From positions 34,814 to 98,813 of the forward strand of contig BTVI01000009.1 of the NCBI GenBank assembly GCA_045862955.1: a stretch of 64,000 nt of DNA, read 5' to 3'. This DNA is from Fimbriimonadales bacterium (lineage in GTDB: Bacteria; Armatimonadota; Fimbriimonadia; Fimbriimonadales; JABRVX01). The notes under the pieces are model-generated. The model saw only the letters and a list, made by a program, of their open reading frames with translations, had not been told where the DNA came from and did no database searches. A program made the translations under genes and the position numbers. Below, piece by piece: positions 10,234-19,769 of the stretch (position 1 is the stretch's first letter; the number at the start of each line of letters is the position of its first letter).

Positions 10234-11436
10234 ATGGATACTACCTATCTCATCGAACCGAGAGATCCGATCCTCGCGCGGGATGCCAGGCCGTTCTCGG
10301 CCCAGCCAGGTGCGTTCGCACAGAGCCTGCCTTGGCCGCTACCTTCCACTACCACGGGTGCCATCCGCACCTATCTTGGCGGAGACTGGAGTCAGAACCC
10401 CGCAGAGAAGGCGGCCCAGATGCTACACGTATCCGTCCACGGCCCGCTATTGGTTGCTAAGAGGGAGGGCGGACAGTGGCAGGTGTATTATCCAGCTCCG
10501 GCAGACGCTGTTATCTATGATACGCAGGCAGAGGGCGCTGTGGGTGATCCTAATAGGAAGCCGAAGAAGGTGATGAACCTTCTCCCCCTTCCGCGGCTGC
10601 CGGAGGGTGCGGGCTGCAATCTGCCGGATGGACTACTACCAGTTTGTGTTACCGAAGACGTCAAGCCATCGCCGGAGTTCGCTTTCTGGTCGCACGAGTA
10701 CACCACGGCCCAATTAGCTAGCTCAACTCCCGGAGAGGATCCGCCTACCGAGGGCATCAAGGACTTGCCCAAGGACTCCCGAGTGCACGTGAGCATAAAC
10801 CCGGAAACGAAGACGGGTGTCGAAGGACGCCTCTTCGCTACGACCTCGCTAGTCTTCCCTGACGGACCCCTTGTCGACAGAGGCACCAAGGTCGGCTGGC
10901 AAGAGATCGGTATGATATGCAAGGTTGTAGGAGCTCCCAACGGCATCGCTCGCCGATTGCAGCCTCTCGCCGGCGAAAAGCGCCTCGCCTACATCACTCC
11001 TGGAGACGGACTCTGGCCCACGATCCCAAAGGAGCTCGTCGAGGCCTGTTCTAGCAGCACGAAGTTGAAGCTCCAGTTGGTTACCCCTGCCATCTTCGAG
11101 CATGGATGGAAGCCAGGATGGTTGAAAGATGGCTTGTTAGGCACGCCGCCTGGGCTGGACGGAATTAGCCTAAAGTTGGTATCGGCTGCGGTACCCCGAC
11201 GCGGCGCAGTGAGCGGGTGGGATTACAAGGCGAAGGGCCCGAAGCCCTCGCGATTCCTCGCTCCCGCCGGCAGCGTCTACTTCTTCGAAGTCGCGAGTGG
11301 AAGCCTAACAGAACAGGTAGTTCGTTCTCTTTGGCTTTCCTCGGTTTCTGATAGCGAGCAAGACCGCCGCGACGGTTTCGGCCTCGCGATACCTGGAATA
11401 TGGGATTACTATAAGGAGGATACGAGTGGACAGTAG
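10234..11436 (+). CDS. cmr3: Type III-B Cmr3 (Cas5 family)
   Basis: 'IEPRDPILARDARPF', 'LPWPLPST', 'LAGEKR', 'LVTPAIF', 'PAGSVYFF', 'DGFGLA'. Confidence 0.93.
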   Translation: MDTTYLIEPRDPILARDARPFSAQPGAFAQSLPWPLPSTTTGAIRTYLGGDWSQNPAEKAAQMLHVSVHGPLLVAKREGGQWQVYYPAPADAVIYDTQAEGAVGDPNRKPKKVMNLLPLPRLPEGAGCNLPDGLLPVCVTEDVKPSPEFAFWSHEYTTAQLASSTPGEDPPTEGIKDLPKDSRVHVSINPETKTGVEGRLFATTSLVFPDGPLVDRGTKVGWQEIGMICKVVGAPNGIARRLQPLAGEKRLAYITPGDGLWPTIPKELVEACSSSTKLKLQLVTPAIFEHGWKPGWLKDGLLGTPPGLDGISLKLVSAAVPRRGAVSGWDYKAKGPKPSRFLAPAGSVYFFEVASGSLTEQVVRSLWLSSVSDSEQDRRDGFGLAIPGIWDYYKEDTSGQ

Positions 11437-12391
11437 AATACTCTTCATCCACGGCCTGAGCCCCATTCATTCGGGGACCGGTCAGGCCGTCGACGTGATT
11501 GACCTGCCGATCGCACGCGAGAGGACCACCGGCTGGCCCTACCTCCCCGGCTCGAGCATCAAAGGCGTCCTCCGCGATGCATGCAGACTAGCTATGTTAG
11601 AGGACCTCAAAGGGACGGACGGACAAGTCCAGCACTCGGACGAACAATCCGCCGAGGGGGTAGCCAAGAGCTCCGAGGAAAAGCTCCAACTGCATGGAGA
11701 CTACCGCCTCTACAAAGAAGCCTTCGGCCCTGAGGACAAGCCGGAGGAGCATGCAGGAGCACTCGCCTTCGGTGATGCGCGCATCCTCTGCATGCCCGTG
11801 CGCTCCTTCGCTGGCACCTTCGCCTGGACCACCTGCCCAATGGTGCTAAAGAGGGTCCAGCGCGACGACATGAATGCGGGTCTCGGGGAGATGCCGGAGC
11901 TTACTGAGACGCTAAGCTACGAGGAGGGGGCGGTCGCTCGAGACTCGGTTGTGGTCCATCGAGGCAAGGTATACCTGGAAGATCTCGACGTGTCAATCAA
12001 GACAGGTGCGGACGCAGCAGACCTAGCAGACATGCTGAGTGCCGAGCTGTTCGGCGAGTCGGACTGGCAGCAGGCCTTCCGCGAGCGATTCGTAGTGGTC
12101 TCCGACGACCTGTTCAGCTACCTCTGTGAGACGACTACGGAGATTACGGCTAGGGTCAGGTTGCGGCGAGATACTAAGACCGTAGCTACGGGTGCGTTGT
12201 GGTACGAGGAGGCGCTACCCACTGAGTCGATACTGTATTCTCCTCTCATCGCCAACCCCAGGCCTCCCGTAACCCCCGTGGAGCTGTTCAACTTCATCTC
12301 TCCCAAGTTGGATCGGCCGGTGCAGATAGGCGGTAATGCCAGCGTCGGCCGCGGGCTGGCCACATTCAGGCTTCGAGGTGAGCGGTCATGA
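11426..12391 (+). CDS. cmr4: Type III-B Cmr4 (Cas7 backbone endoribonuclease)
   Basis: 'SPIHSGTGQAVDVIDLPIARE' (catalytic Asp retained), 'PGSSIKGVLR', 'LWYEEALP', 'QIGGNASVGRG'. Confidence 0.95.
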   Translation: MDSRILFIHGLSPIHSGTGQAVDVIDLPIARERTTGWPYLPGSSIKGVLRDACRLAMLEDLKGTDGQVQHSDEQSAEGVAKSSEEKLQLHGDYRLYKEAFGPEDKPEEHAGALAFGDARILCMPVRSFAGTFAWTTCPMVLKRVQRDDMNAGLGEMPELTETLSYEEGAVARDSVVVHRGKVYLEDLDVSIKTGADAADLADMLSAELFGESDWQQAFRERFVVVSDDLFSYLCETTTEITARVRLRRDTKTVATGALWYEEALPTESILYSPLIANPRPPVTPVELFNFISPKLDRPVQIGGNASVGRGLATFRLRGERS

Positions 12392-12813
12392 CGAGGCGGC
12401 AAGAATACATGGCGCAAGCGCTAAGAAATGTTCGGGAGGTGGAAAAGCTTTCTGAAAAGCTTTCTGGCCGGATACCCAAGATTTACGGGGGTCTTTGCCA
12501 TAAGCTCCCTGTTCTCGTCAGAGCGTGCGGTCTATGCCAGACTGTAGCTTTCCTGGAGGCAAAGTCCGAGTCGAAAGACAGAGAGCGCGCGGAGGCCTAT
12601 CTGAGGATGTGCGGCCACGTGAAGGAGATGCTCGAGAAGCATGGTGGTGTCAAGGTCGCTGCTCAGACTCTCTCCGAGGCTGTTGCCGGGCTTGAGATCA
12701 GAGAGTACTCATTTGCTACGCGTTGCATCCTACAGGCATGGGTTTTCTACAAGAGATTTGCAGAGTCGATCCTCAAGGTTGCTAACGCCCAGGAGGACGA
12801 GCATGGCAGCTAG
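12388..12813 (+). CDS. cmr5: Type III-B small subunit Cmr5 (Cas11)
   Basis: 141 aa; 'LPVLVRACGLCQTVAFL', 'FYKRFAES'; lies between cmr4 and cmr6. Confidence 0.9.
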   Translation: MTRRQEYMAQALRNVREVEKLSEKLSGRIPKIYGGLCHKLPVLVRACGLCQTVAFLEAKSESKDRERAEAYLRMCGHVKEMLEKHGGVKVAAQTLSEAVAGLEIREYSFATRCILQAWVFYKRFAESILKVANAQEDEHGS

Positions 12814-13924
12814 CTTCGTGGCGTCTCGCCGAGGTCTTGCAGCCGTGCAAGATGGTGCTGTCAGAGACAACCCAGGCCTGGCACTCGAGAGATCACTCTC
12901 GTTGCTCGGTGACGACATGGCGGCCCGCGAAAGCGAGCAACGCTTACGGGACAAAATAACAGAACCGATGCCGGCGGAGCTTGCCCTCTTGTACCTCAAG
13001 GCCTATAAGCGCTGGCGGAGCTGCCTAAACTCCTTGCCAGGGCCTGTTCTCACGCGAGAGGTGCGCACCCTGGACCGTGTCATCGTCGGACTCGGCAGTG
13101 AGAGCGTGTTGGAGACCTCCATCACCCTCAACCGTATCTATGGCGTGCCCATCCTCCCCGGCTCAGCACTGAAAGGTGTCGCTAGGTCCTATTATGAGAA
13201 CGAGCTCAGACCTGCCGACCCCGAAGAACGCAAAAAGCACCGGGAGACGGGTGACGACCTCTTCGGCTGGGAGGCCAAGGAGGGTGAGCAGGGCAAAGAA
13301 AAGGAAGAAGCCAAGTCCGGCTGCGTCACCTTCTTCGATGCATGGTACATACCAGGCTCCACCAAAGACGACAAGCCCCTACGACCAGACGTCATCACCG
13401 TGCACCACCCGGCATACTACCAGAACTCCGGACAAGAGCCCCCTACGGACTTCGACGATCCGACTCCCGTCGGCTTCATCAGCGCTCGTGGCTCGTTCCT
13501 TCTCGCAGTGCAGGGCCCGGACGAGCAGTGGACGAACCTCGCCATGGAGGTCCTCACCCGAGCACTCGCGCACTACGGAGTCGGCGGAAAGACCTCCAGC
13601 GGATACGGTCGTCTCGTCCCCAGCACTACCGCGCAGGGTCCAAGCAGCCAGAGCACTACCGACCGTCCCCAGCCAGCACCGGACCCGCTTTCTGACCCGG
13701 AGGTGGAGCAGGTGAAGACCACCCCGCCCAACCAAGTCAGGAGCCGCATCGCTAACTGGCTCCAGAAGTTCAACCAACGTTGCAAAACCGACGTCGGCAA
13801 GGCTCGGGCACTGGCGGAGGCCATAAGAGAGAGAGTGGAGGCGAGTGGCATAGCGGATCAGCTCGGCATGGACCAACGCAACTATCGCATGATGATCGAG
13901 TGGTTGGAGGCTCAGGGGAAGTAA
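12803..13924 (+). CDS. cmr6: Type III-B Cmr6 with C-terminal extension
   Basis: 'RVIVGLGSESVLETSITL..IYGVPILPGSALKG', 'DVITVHHPAYY', 'PTDFDDPTPVGF', 'GVGGKTSSGYG'; AGGAGG RBS before ATG 12803. Confidence 0.93.
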   Translation: MAASFVASRRGLAAVQDGAVRDNPGLALERSLSLLGDDMAARESEQRLRDKITEPMPAELALLYLKAYKRWRSCLNSLPGPVLTREVRTLDRVIVGLGSESVLETSITLNRIYGVPILPGSALKGVARSYYENELRPADPEERKKHRETGDDLFGWEAKEGEQGKEKEEAKSGCVTFFDAWYIPGSTKDDKPLRPDVITVHHPAYYQNSGQEPPTDFDDPTPVGFISARGSFLLAVQGPDEQWTNLAMEVLTRALAHYGVGGKTSSGYGRLVPSTTAQGPSSQSTTDRPQPAPDPLSDPEVEQVKTTPPNQVRSRIANWLQKFNQRCKTDVGKARALAEAIRERVEASGIADQLGMDQRNYRMMIEWLEAQGK

Positions 13925-13934
13925 GTGAACGGCC

Positions 13935-14858
13935 ATGATGTATCCTACTCCCGTAGGCTGTCTGAATCTAGACATACCGGTGCCTGATCCCGCCGACGCA
14001 CTAGATCTCACCACTCTGGATGTTATCATGCAGGTGGGCGAGAAGCCACTGCGTTTCGTCAACTTCCCAGGCCTTGCGTGGCGATCCGTCTTCGGCTATG
14101 CGCTGAGAACGCTTACGTGCTTATCCGCAAACGACTCTGCTTGTGAGCAAGCCTGCGCCCACCCAAAGCTCTGTCTCTACGGTCGCATCTTCAGCCCACC
14201 TCGTATCGAAGAACCGGCTCGAGGATTCCAGGACCCTCCTCGCCCGTACGTGGTGCAGCTTCCCAAGCCAAAGCATGGAATGGGGCAACCTTTCACGCGG
14301 TACGACCTGCGTATCAACCTGATCGGTCCCGCAACGCATGCTGTTGAGGCTGTCGTTGCCGCACTCCGCCTAGCGTGCGAAAGGGGCATCGGGCCGGACC
14401 GAGCTAGGCTAAGCGTAATCCAAGATGTTCGAACGAGCTGGAGCCGGCCGGAATGCGACCTCGATACCGAAAGCATCACCCTAGAGTTCGTGACACCTAC
14501 ACAACTCCGCGTGGGTGGTAGCCTCGTTACTTCGCCAGAGTTCTCCTACATCGTCCGGGGAATCCTTCGAAGGGTTATCCCACTGTCTGAGCTGTACGGC
14601 ACACCGCTGGAAGTCTCGGCCGACCGACTGATCGCGGCTGCTCACGACGTGAAAATCGATCGCGCGAATATCGCTTGGTACGACATCGAGAGAAAGACCC
14701 GAAGGCCAGACAAGAAAATGGTACTAGACGGCTTCGCTGGCACCGTCCGCTACGTCGGCGATATCGGACAATTCCTGCCGTGGTTGTACCTGGGCTCGGC
14801 TCTCAACGTCGGAAAGCATGCTACCTTCGGCATGGGACACTTCGAGGTGCACCCGTGA
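13935..14858 (+). CDS. cas6: crRNA-processing endoribonuclease Cas6
   Basis: C-terminal G-loop 'LNVGKHATFGMGHF', 'LEFVTPTQLR', 'PRPYVV', Cys cluster 'C..C..CLY'. Confidence 0.9.
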   Translation: MMYPTPVGCLNLDIPVPDPADALDLTTLDVIMQVGEKPLRFVNFPGLAWRSVFGYALRTLTCLSANDSACEQACAHPKLCLYGRIFSPPRIEEPARGFQDPPRPYVVQLPKPKHGMGQPFTRYDLRINLIGPATHAVEAVVAALRLACERGIGPDRARLSVIQDVRTSWSRPECDLDTESITLEFVTPTQLRVGGSLVTSPEFSYIVRGILRRVIPLSELYGTPLEVSADRLIAAAHDVKIDRANIAWYDIERKTRRPDKKMVLDGFAGTVRYVGDIGQFLPWLYLGSALNVGKHATFGMGHFEVHP

Positions 14859-16309
14859 GCGACACGGTATTCGCACTCGGTCTCTCTGGATTGCAGGACT
14901 TCGTGTATGACGTAGAAGCGGAGGATGCAGCGCGCAGACTGCGCATACGCTCAGCCATACTAACGCTCGCGCCAGCTCTCGTCGCATCTCGGTTGCGGCA
15001 GCTGACACAGCCAGGACTCGAACCCTACTACCTGGGTGGAGGCCAGTTACTGACGTCATGCTCATCCCAGGCTCTATCCCAGATCGAACCGGAGTTGCGC
15101 AGTCTCCAAGAGTGGCTACTCGTGCATTCCGCTGGGCGCATCCTACTGTACTGGACATCAGTACCTCGCTCGGACGATGTCAAAAATGATCTGCAAGAAA
15201 TCATCCGCGCAGTCCTCCGAGCAAAATGGCAAAGTGGTAGGCATCAATCCGAGTGGTTGGCTCACGCTTCACGGTTGGACCCACTCGACCCGAAGCGAGG
15301 AGCGCTGGGAGATCCGCAGTGGGAAGCAGACATCGGTAGGGAACTAGTGCGGGCCGGCGGCTTCACTGGCTTCCGGCTGGTCAATGGCGGTGACGGGTGG
15401 CCCGTGGGCCCATGGATGGTCCAGCCGGTGTCCGATGGCGAGTCTGACATTCGTATCCAGCAAGGTGCAGACGACCTCGGCATCGTCATCGGCCTCCCGA
15501 CACATGTTCCCACCTACCAGACCGGAGATATCATTCCCTTCGACCAGATGGCAGCCCAGGGAACCGGTGCGAGCTACCTCGCAGCGCTCAAGTTGGACGG
15601 TGACCACATGGGCAAGAGCATGGCAGCAGCTCTGGCCCAAAGCGCCGATGAGTATCTGAGTCGTAGCCGAGCCGTGCGTGCGTTTTTCGCCGTCACGGTG
15701 CCCAGGCTCTTTCGCGACGAGTTTCCCAACGTGTATCTCATCTACTCCGGCGGAGACGACCTAGCAGCCGTCGGCCACTTCCACGATCTGCTCAGAGCCG
15801 CATACCGAATAAACCAAGAGTACTCCCAGCAAGGGCTAGGCACTCTATCGGCCGGGATCACAGCGTTTCACCGTAAGTCTCCAGTACGCTTGGCCATGGA
15901 CGTCGCGAACAATCTGCTCGAAGGGCACGCCAAGAAAGACAGAAATCGAGTGTGCGTCTTCGGCGAGACACTCACCTGGGACCAACTCGATGTTGTCATA
16001 CGAGAGGCAGAGGTGTTGGCCCAGTCCGTCGAGCAGGAACCGGACGGCCTGCCGCGAGGCATGCTACAGCTACTTATGCAGCTAGACTCGCTTTACACGT
16101 CGCAGATTGACTGGCTGAAGAAAGTTCGCTTTCGTGCATTTCCACTGATCCAGTACTTCCGAGCACGCCGCCTAAAAGCAGAGGGACTCTCTACGGAAGC
16201 CGCTACGATATTCTACAACCTGGAGGGTGGACACGACCCCACTTGGAATCGTATCGGACTGGTGGCTCTGCTCGCAGCATGGCTAACTAAGCCACAGGAG
16301 AACGAATAA
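14855..16309 (+). CDS. cas10: Compact Cas10/Csm1 (484 aa; no HD domain; Palm DGD and GGDD intact)
   Basis: GTG start overlaps the cas6 stop; 'LSGLQDFVY..ARRLRIRS', 'YLGGGQ', 'LKLDGDHMG', 'IYSGGDDL', 'TLSAGI'. Confidence 0.88.
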   Translation: MSDTVFALGLSGLQDFVYDVEAEDAARRLRIRSAILTLAPALVASRLRQLTQPGLEPYYLGGGQLLTSCSSQALSQIEPELRSLQEWLLVHSAGRILLYWTSVPRSDDVKNDLQEIIRAVLRAKWQSGRHQSEWLAHASRLDPLDPKRGALGDPQWEADIGRELVRAGGFTGFRLVNGGDGWPVGPWMVQPVSDGESDIRIQQGADDLGIVIGLPTHVPTYQTGDIIPFDQMAAQGTGASYLAALKLDGDHMGKSMAAALAQSADEYLSRSRAVRAFFAVTVPRLFRDEFPNVYLIYSGGDDLAAVGHFHDLLRAAYRINQEYSQQGLGTLSAGITAFHRKSPVRLAMDVANNLLEGHAKKDRNRVCVFGETLTWDQLDVVIREAEVLAQSVEQEPDGLPRGMLQLLMQLDSLYTSQIDWLKKVRFRAFPLIQYFRARRLKAEGLSTEAATIFYNLEGGHDPTWNRIGLVALLAAWLTKPQENE

Positions 16310-16761
16310 TGAACTCGATGAGGAAAGCCTTCCAACAAGCCGGGGTCGGCGGAGGTGGTCCCCAAGGGGAAAGGCCTCGCTTAGACCATCAAAAGATGAC
16401 GGAGTACTACGATCAAGACGGCTGCATCCGCAGAGAGGTATACGTAGACTGGCCGAAGGAGATAGTAAGGGCTTTGTCCGAAGCCAGAGTCACGCGTAGT
16501 CGGCTGCGAAAGCTCTATGAACAAGTACTGGCGACCAAGGCGCGCCTAAGACTGGGTCACGAGAGTGACACCCAAGTTCTCCGATCTGGACTACTGCAGC
16601 TGCGCCGCGCCGCCGAACATCTCGGTGCCAGACAACCACCTCTACCACGTGTCGCAGTGGACTTCGTCGTCATTCATACGGATCGTGTTCGTGAAGACCC
16701 GAAGCTCTTCATCGGCTTCTTCGAGCTATTCCAAAGTGTCTACGCGTACATGCCGCGATAG
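16309..16761 (+). CDS. csm2: Type III-A small subunit Csm2
   Basis: 'VTRSRLRKLYEQV' and 'FFELFQSVYAY' match the Csm2 pattern; directly after cas10. Confidence 0.85.
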   Translation: MNSMRKAFQQAGVGGGGPQGERPRLDHQKMTEYYDQDGCIRREVYVDWPKEIVRALSEARVTRSRLRKLYEQVLATKARLRLGHESDTQVLRSGLLQLRRAAEHLGARQPPLPRVAVDFVVIHTDRVREDPKLFIGFFELFQSVYAYMPR

Positions 16762-16773
16762 GAGGTAAGTAGA

Positions 16774-17505
16774 ATGCCATCTCATCTCAGCCACTACGTC
16801 GCCCTCAACGCGCGAATGAAAGTTCTCAACGGCCTCAGAGTTGGATCCGGAGCCGAGACCATGGAGATCGGTGCCCTAGACAATCCTATCATCCGACACC
16901 CGTTCTCCAGGCAACCGTATATCCCTGGTTCGTCGCTAAAGGGCAAACTGCGCTCCCTCTTGGAGATCAAAGGCATCACGACTACCAATCACCCGGCCAA
17001 GCCGCAACGCAGACAAGGCCCTTGCGGATGCGGGAAGTGCGTTGTATGCTGGTTGTTCGGCTCCGGCGACGTGCGCAACACCGCTGAGCCCACACGTCTG
17101 ATCTTCCGAGATGCCTTCCTAACTGCCCAGCATCGTGATAAGCTGAGCAGCCTGCTGGAGCAAGGCGTCCTTTATAGCGAAACCAAGTCCGAAGTCGTCA
17201 TGGACCGCGTCACCGGCAAGGTTGCCAGTGTGGGCCCGCGCACCATGGATCGCATCATGGCAGGCACCGAGCTCGACTTGTGCATCTCGATCCGCGTCTT
17301 CGAGGGTGATGATGTCGAAGAAATCAAAGAAGTCCTCATCGCCGCTCTCAAGATGCTGCATCGAGACACCCTAGGCGGCTCTGGCACCCGAGGCTACGGA
17401 TGGGTGGGCTTCCCGAAGGTAGTGTTCGGAAGCGAAGACATCACTTCCGAGATTCACACCCCCGAAGAGCTCGAGAGAATGAGCCAAATTAGTCTCGATA
17501 AGTGA
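16774..17505 (+). CDS. csm3: Type III-A Csm3 (Cas7 backbone endoribonuclease)
   Basis: 'GLRVGSG..EIGALDNPIIR' (catalytic Asp), 'PYIPGSSLKGKLRSLLE', Zn cluster 'CGCGKCVVC', 'LGGSGTRGYG'. Confidence 0.93.
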   Translation: MPSHLSHYVALNARMKVLNGLRVGSGAETMEIGALDNPIIRHPFSRQPYIPGSSLKGKLRSLLEIKGITTTNHPAKPQRRQGPCGCGKCVVCWLFGSGDVRNTAEPTRLIFRDAFLTAQHRDKLSSLLEQGVLYSETKSEVVMDRVTGKVASVGPRTMDRIMAGTELDLCISIRVFEGDDVEEIKEVLIAALKMLHRDTLGGSGTRGYGWVGFPKVVFGSEDITSEIHTPEELERMSQISLDK

Positions 17506-18377
17506 TGAACTGGTACGAAGTCCAAATCACGCCGCTCGCGCCATTCCGCACCCCGTGGCGTAACGATACCATCTGGGGACGCCTCACATGGGCCGTCGCC
17601 CAAGAGGCTATCGCCTCCTGGAATATCCATCGCTGGCTCCAGGCCTACCGCGACGGAAACCCTCCGCTGGTGGTTGCCGACGGATTTCCTAGGACCGGCT
17701 TTCCCCTGCCCGCAGCATGGCACACCCTACCAACGAAGGACGATCACAAACCACCCGAGGTCATAACTTTCGAGGAGCTAACACGCCTCTCCAAAGGCAA
17801 CGGCCACCCCATCGAGAGCGGGCAGCCCCTAAGACCTTCTTCGCGACTACATGTCTCTCTCTCCCGAAGCACCGGCTGCGCAGTAGACGGAAGTCTCTAC
17901 GTGGCAGATGCATACCTGCCTCCAGAAGACGTGCCCATCAGCGTCGTCACGCTGCTAGATCACGGCCTGACTCCTAGAGACCTCGAGGCCCTGTGGCAGC
18001 ATGTGGCCAGCGAAGGCTGGGGCAAAGGGCGCTCGACTGGCTATGGTGCATTTCGGTTAGACGGCGTGACACCTCTCGAGCCGCCGGCGCAAGACGCAAA
18101 CGGCTTCGTCACACTGGGACACATCATACCAAACGATGACCTACCACTCGATGGTCTGTGGCGATGGAGCGGCATCAAGACGGTCCCACACGATCCCGAT
18201 ACCGGTCTCACGATGTTCCCTCCGCTGTTTTCTGTCGCACTCAGACCAGGAGCTTGTTTTCGAGAAAAACCCCCACGCCAGTGGACCGGACGAATGCTCC
18301 TTCACCCACTAGAGGGACATCCCAACTACACACGATATGGACTCGCCCCAGCGTGGCCTATCACCTGGCCGGACTAG
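17502..18377 (+). CDS. csm4: Type III-A Csm4 (Cas5 family)
   Basis: 'TPWRNDTIWGRL', 'PLVVADGFP', 'GWGKGRSTGYGAF', 'LRPGACF', 'RYGLA'. Confidence 0.85.
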   Translation: MMNWYEVQITPLAPFRTPWRNDTIWGRLTWAVAQEAIASWNIHRWLQAYRDGNPPLVVADGFPRTGFPLPAAWHTLPTKDDHKPPEVITFEELTRLSKGNGHPIESGQPLRPSSRLHVSLSRSTGCAVDGSLYVADAYLPPEDVPISVVTLLDHGLTPRDLEALWQHVASEGWGKGRSTGYGAFRLDGVTPLEPPAQDANGFVTLGHIIPNDDLPLDGLWRWSGIKTVPHDPDTGLTMFPPLFSVALRPGACFREKPPRQWTGRMLLHPLEGHPNYTRYGLAPAWPITWPD

Positions 18378-18443
18378 CTCCACCACATCGCGCACATTGA
18401 CAAGCACATAACGATCTCGCCAGAGGCCAATTCCTAGCAATCG

Positions 18444-18469
18444 GGGGTCGGGCGGCCCCGCCCGACCCC
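18444..18469 (+). terminator. GC-rich hairpin between csm4 and cas1 (possible terminator or processing stem)
   Basis: GGGGTCGGGCG-gccc-CGCCCGACCCC, 11-bp perfect stem; no clear U-tract. Confidence 0.5.
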
Positions 18470-18492
18470 ACCTTAGCCAGATCGGTTCCAAG

Positions 18493-19482
18493 ATGATTCT
18501 CATAGCAGACGAACTAGGAGCACGAATCAAATACGCTCAAGGCCAACTCCTCATCCATGATAAAGATGACAACGTCCTAACTAAAGCCGAGCTCATCCAC
18601 GTCGAAGAGGTCGTCCTCGTCGGCGCAGTGGGTATCTCCGGACCAGCCATCGAAGCTATCGTCGCTAACGGAATAGACCTCTATTACATCGCATACGACG
18701 GCGAGCCCGCAGCACGACTCGTCCCCGATGGTTCTACCTATGCCGAGCTCAGACTCGCACAGTACAGAGCCACGAACGATGACAAGCAGAAGCTCTACTA
18801 CGCCAAGGCATTCGTGGGAGCAAAACTCGCCAATCAGAAGATACTGCTCCAACGCGCCTTTCGTACCTGGCACCAAGAGCACAGCCTCGAACCACTCGAT
18901 CGCGCAATCCAACAGATAGATGGCGCGCCAGACATCGCAACCCTTATGGGTATCGAGGGCGCAGCTGCACAAGCCTACTTCACCCTCATCGGACACATCA
19001 TCCCGCCCGAATGGGGCTTCCGAGGCCGAAAGCGACGCCCGCCACCGGACCCCGTCAACGCAATGCTCTCCTTCGGATATACTTACGTGGGTAACCTCGT
19101 CACGAGAGCCGCTCGAGCCGCACGACTCGATATATACCTTGGCCTGCTCCACGCAGAAAGAGAAGGCAGACCGTCCCTCCCCCTCGACCTGCTCGAGGAG
19201 TTTCGACCATTTACGGCAGACGCAACCATGCTCCGCATCGTACGGCAGAAAATGCTGAAGCCTACCGACTTCGAAACCACGCCAGATGGCGGATGCCGAA
19301 TGTCAGAACCCGCGCGAGCCGAGTTCATCCAGACACTCGAAAACCGCCTCGCCGACGAGTTCACTCACCCTACCAAAAGGCAGCGTTGCAACTTTCGACA
19401 AGCCATGCTGATACAAGCAAGAGAACTCGCACATTCGCTGCTCGCCGATAAGCCCACCTACCAAGCACTGGTGCTACGATGA
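18493..19482 (+). CDS. cas1: CRISPR-associated endonuclease Cas1
   Basis: 'LMGIEGAAAQAYF', 'RRPPPDPVNAMLSFGY', 'GLLH', 'LDLLEEFRP'. Confidence 0.96.
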   Translation: MILIADELGARIKYAQGQLLIHDKDDNVLTKAELIHVEEVVLVGAVGISGPAIEAIVANGIDLYYIAYDGEPAARLVPDGSTYAELRLAQYRATNDDKQKLYYAKAFVGAKLANQKILLQRAFRTWHQEHSLEPLDRAIQQIDGAPDIATLMGIEGAAAQAYFTLIGHIIPPEWGFRGRKRRPPPDPVNAMLSFGYTYVGNLVTRAARAARLDIYLGLLHAEREGRPSLPLDLLEEFRPFTADATMLRIVRQKMLKPTDFETTPDGGCRMSEPARAEFIQTLENRLADEFTHPTKRQRCNFRQAMLIQARELAHSLLADKPTYQALVLR

Positions 19483-19769
19483 AACCAGGAACGCAGTTCG
19501 TGCTACTCTGCTACGACATCGTAGACAATAAACGCCGAGCCAAACTCCAAAAGGTAGCAGACGCTTTCGGCGAACGCGTCAACGACTCGGTATACGAGTG
19601 CTGGCTGAACCCTACCCAAGAGGCCTCGCTCGTCAAGAAAGTCAAACGATTAGTGAACGAGCGCGAAGATGCGGTCTACTTCTACCGCCTCTGCGCCGCA
19701 TGCCTCCAAAGAAAGTCCTCTATCGGACTTCACGTTGAAACGCAACCCGAAAGGGTCCGAATCGTGTAA
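19479..19769 (+). CDS. cas2: CRISPR-associated protein Cas2
   Basis: 'LLCYDIVDNKRR', 'GERVNDSVYEC'; 96 aa; overlaps the cas1 stop. Confidence 0.95.
   Translation: MKPGTQFVLLCYDIVDNKRRAKLQKVADAFGERVNDSVYECWLNPTQEASLVKKVKRLVNEREDAVYFYRLCAACLQRKSSIGLHVETQPERVRIV

Noticed and set aside
18493..19482. RT-Cas1 or Cas4-Cas1 fusion
   Set aside because: Cas1 is 329 aa with no YADD-like RT motif or Cas4 cysteine cluster.
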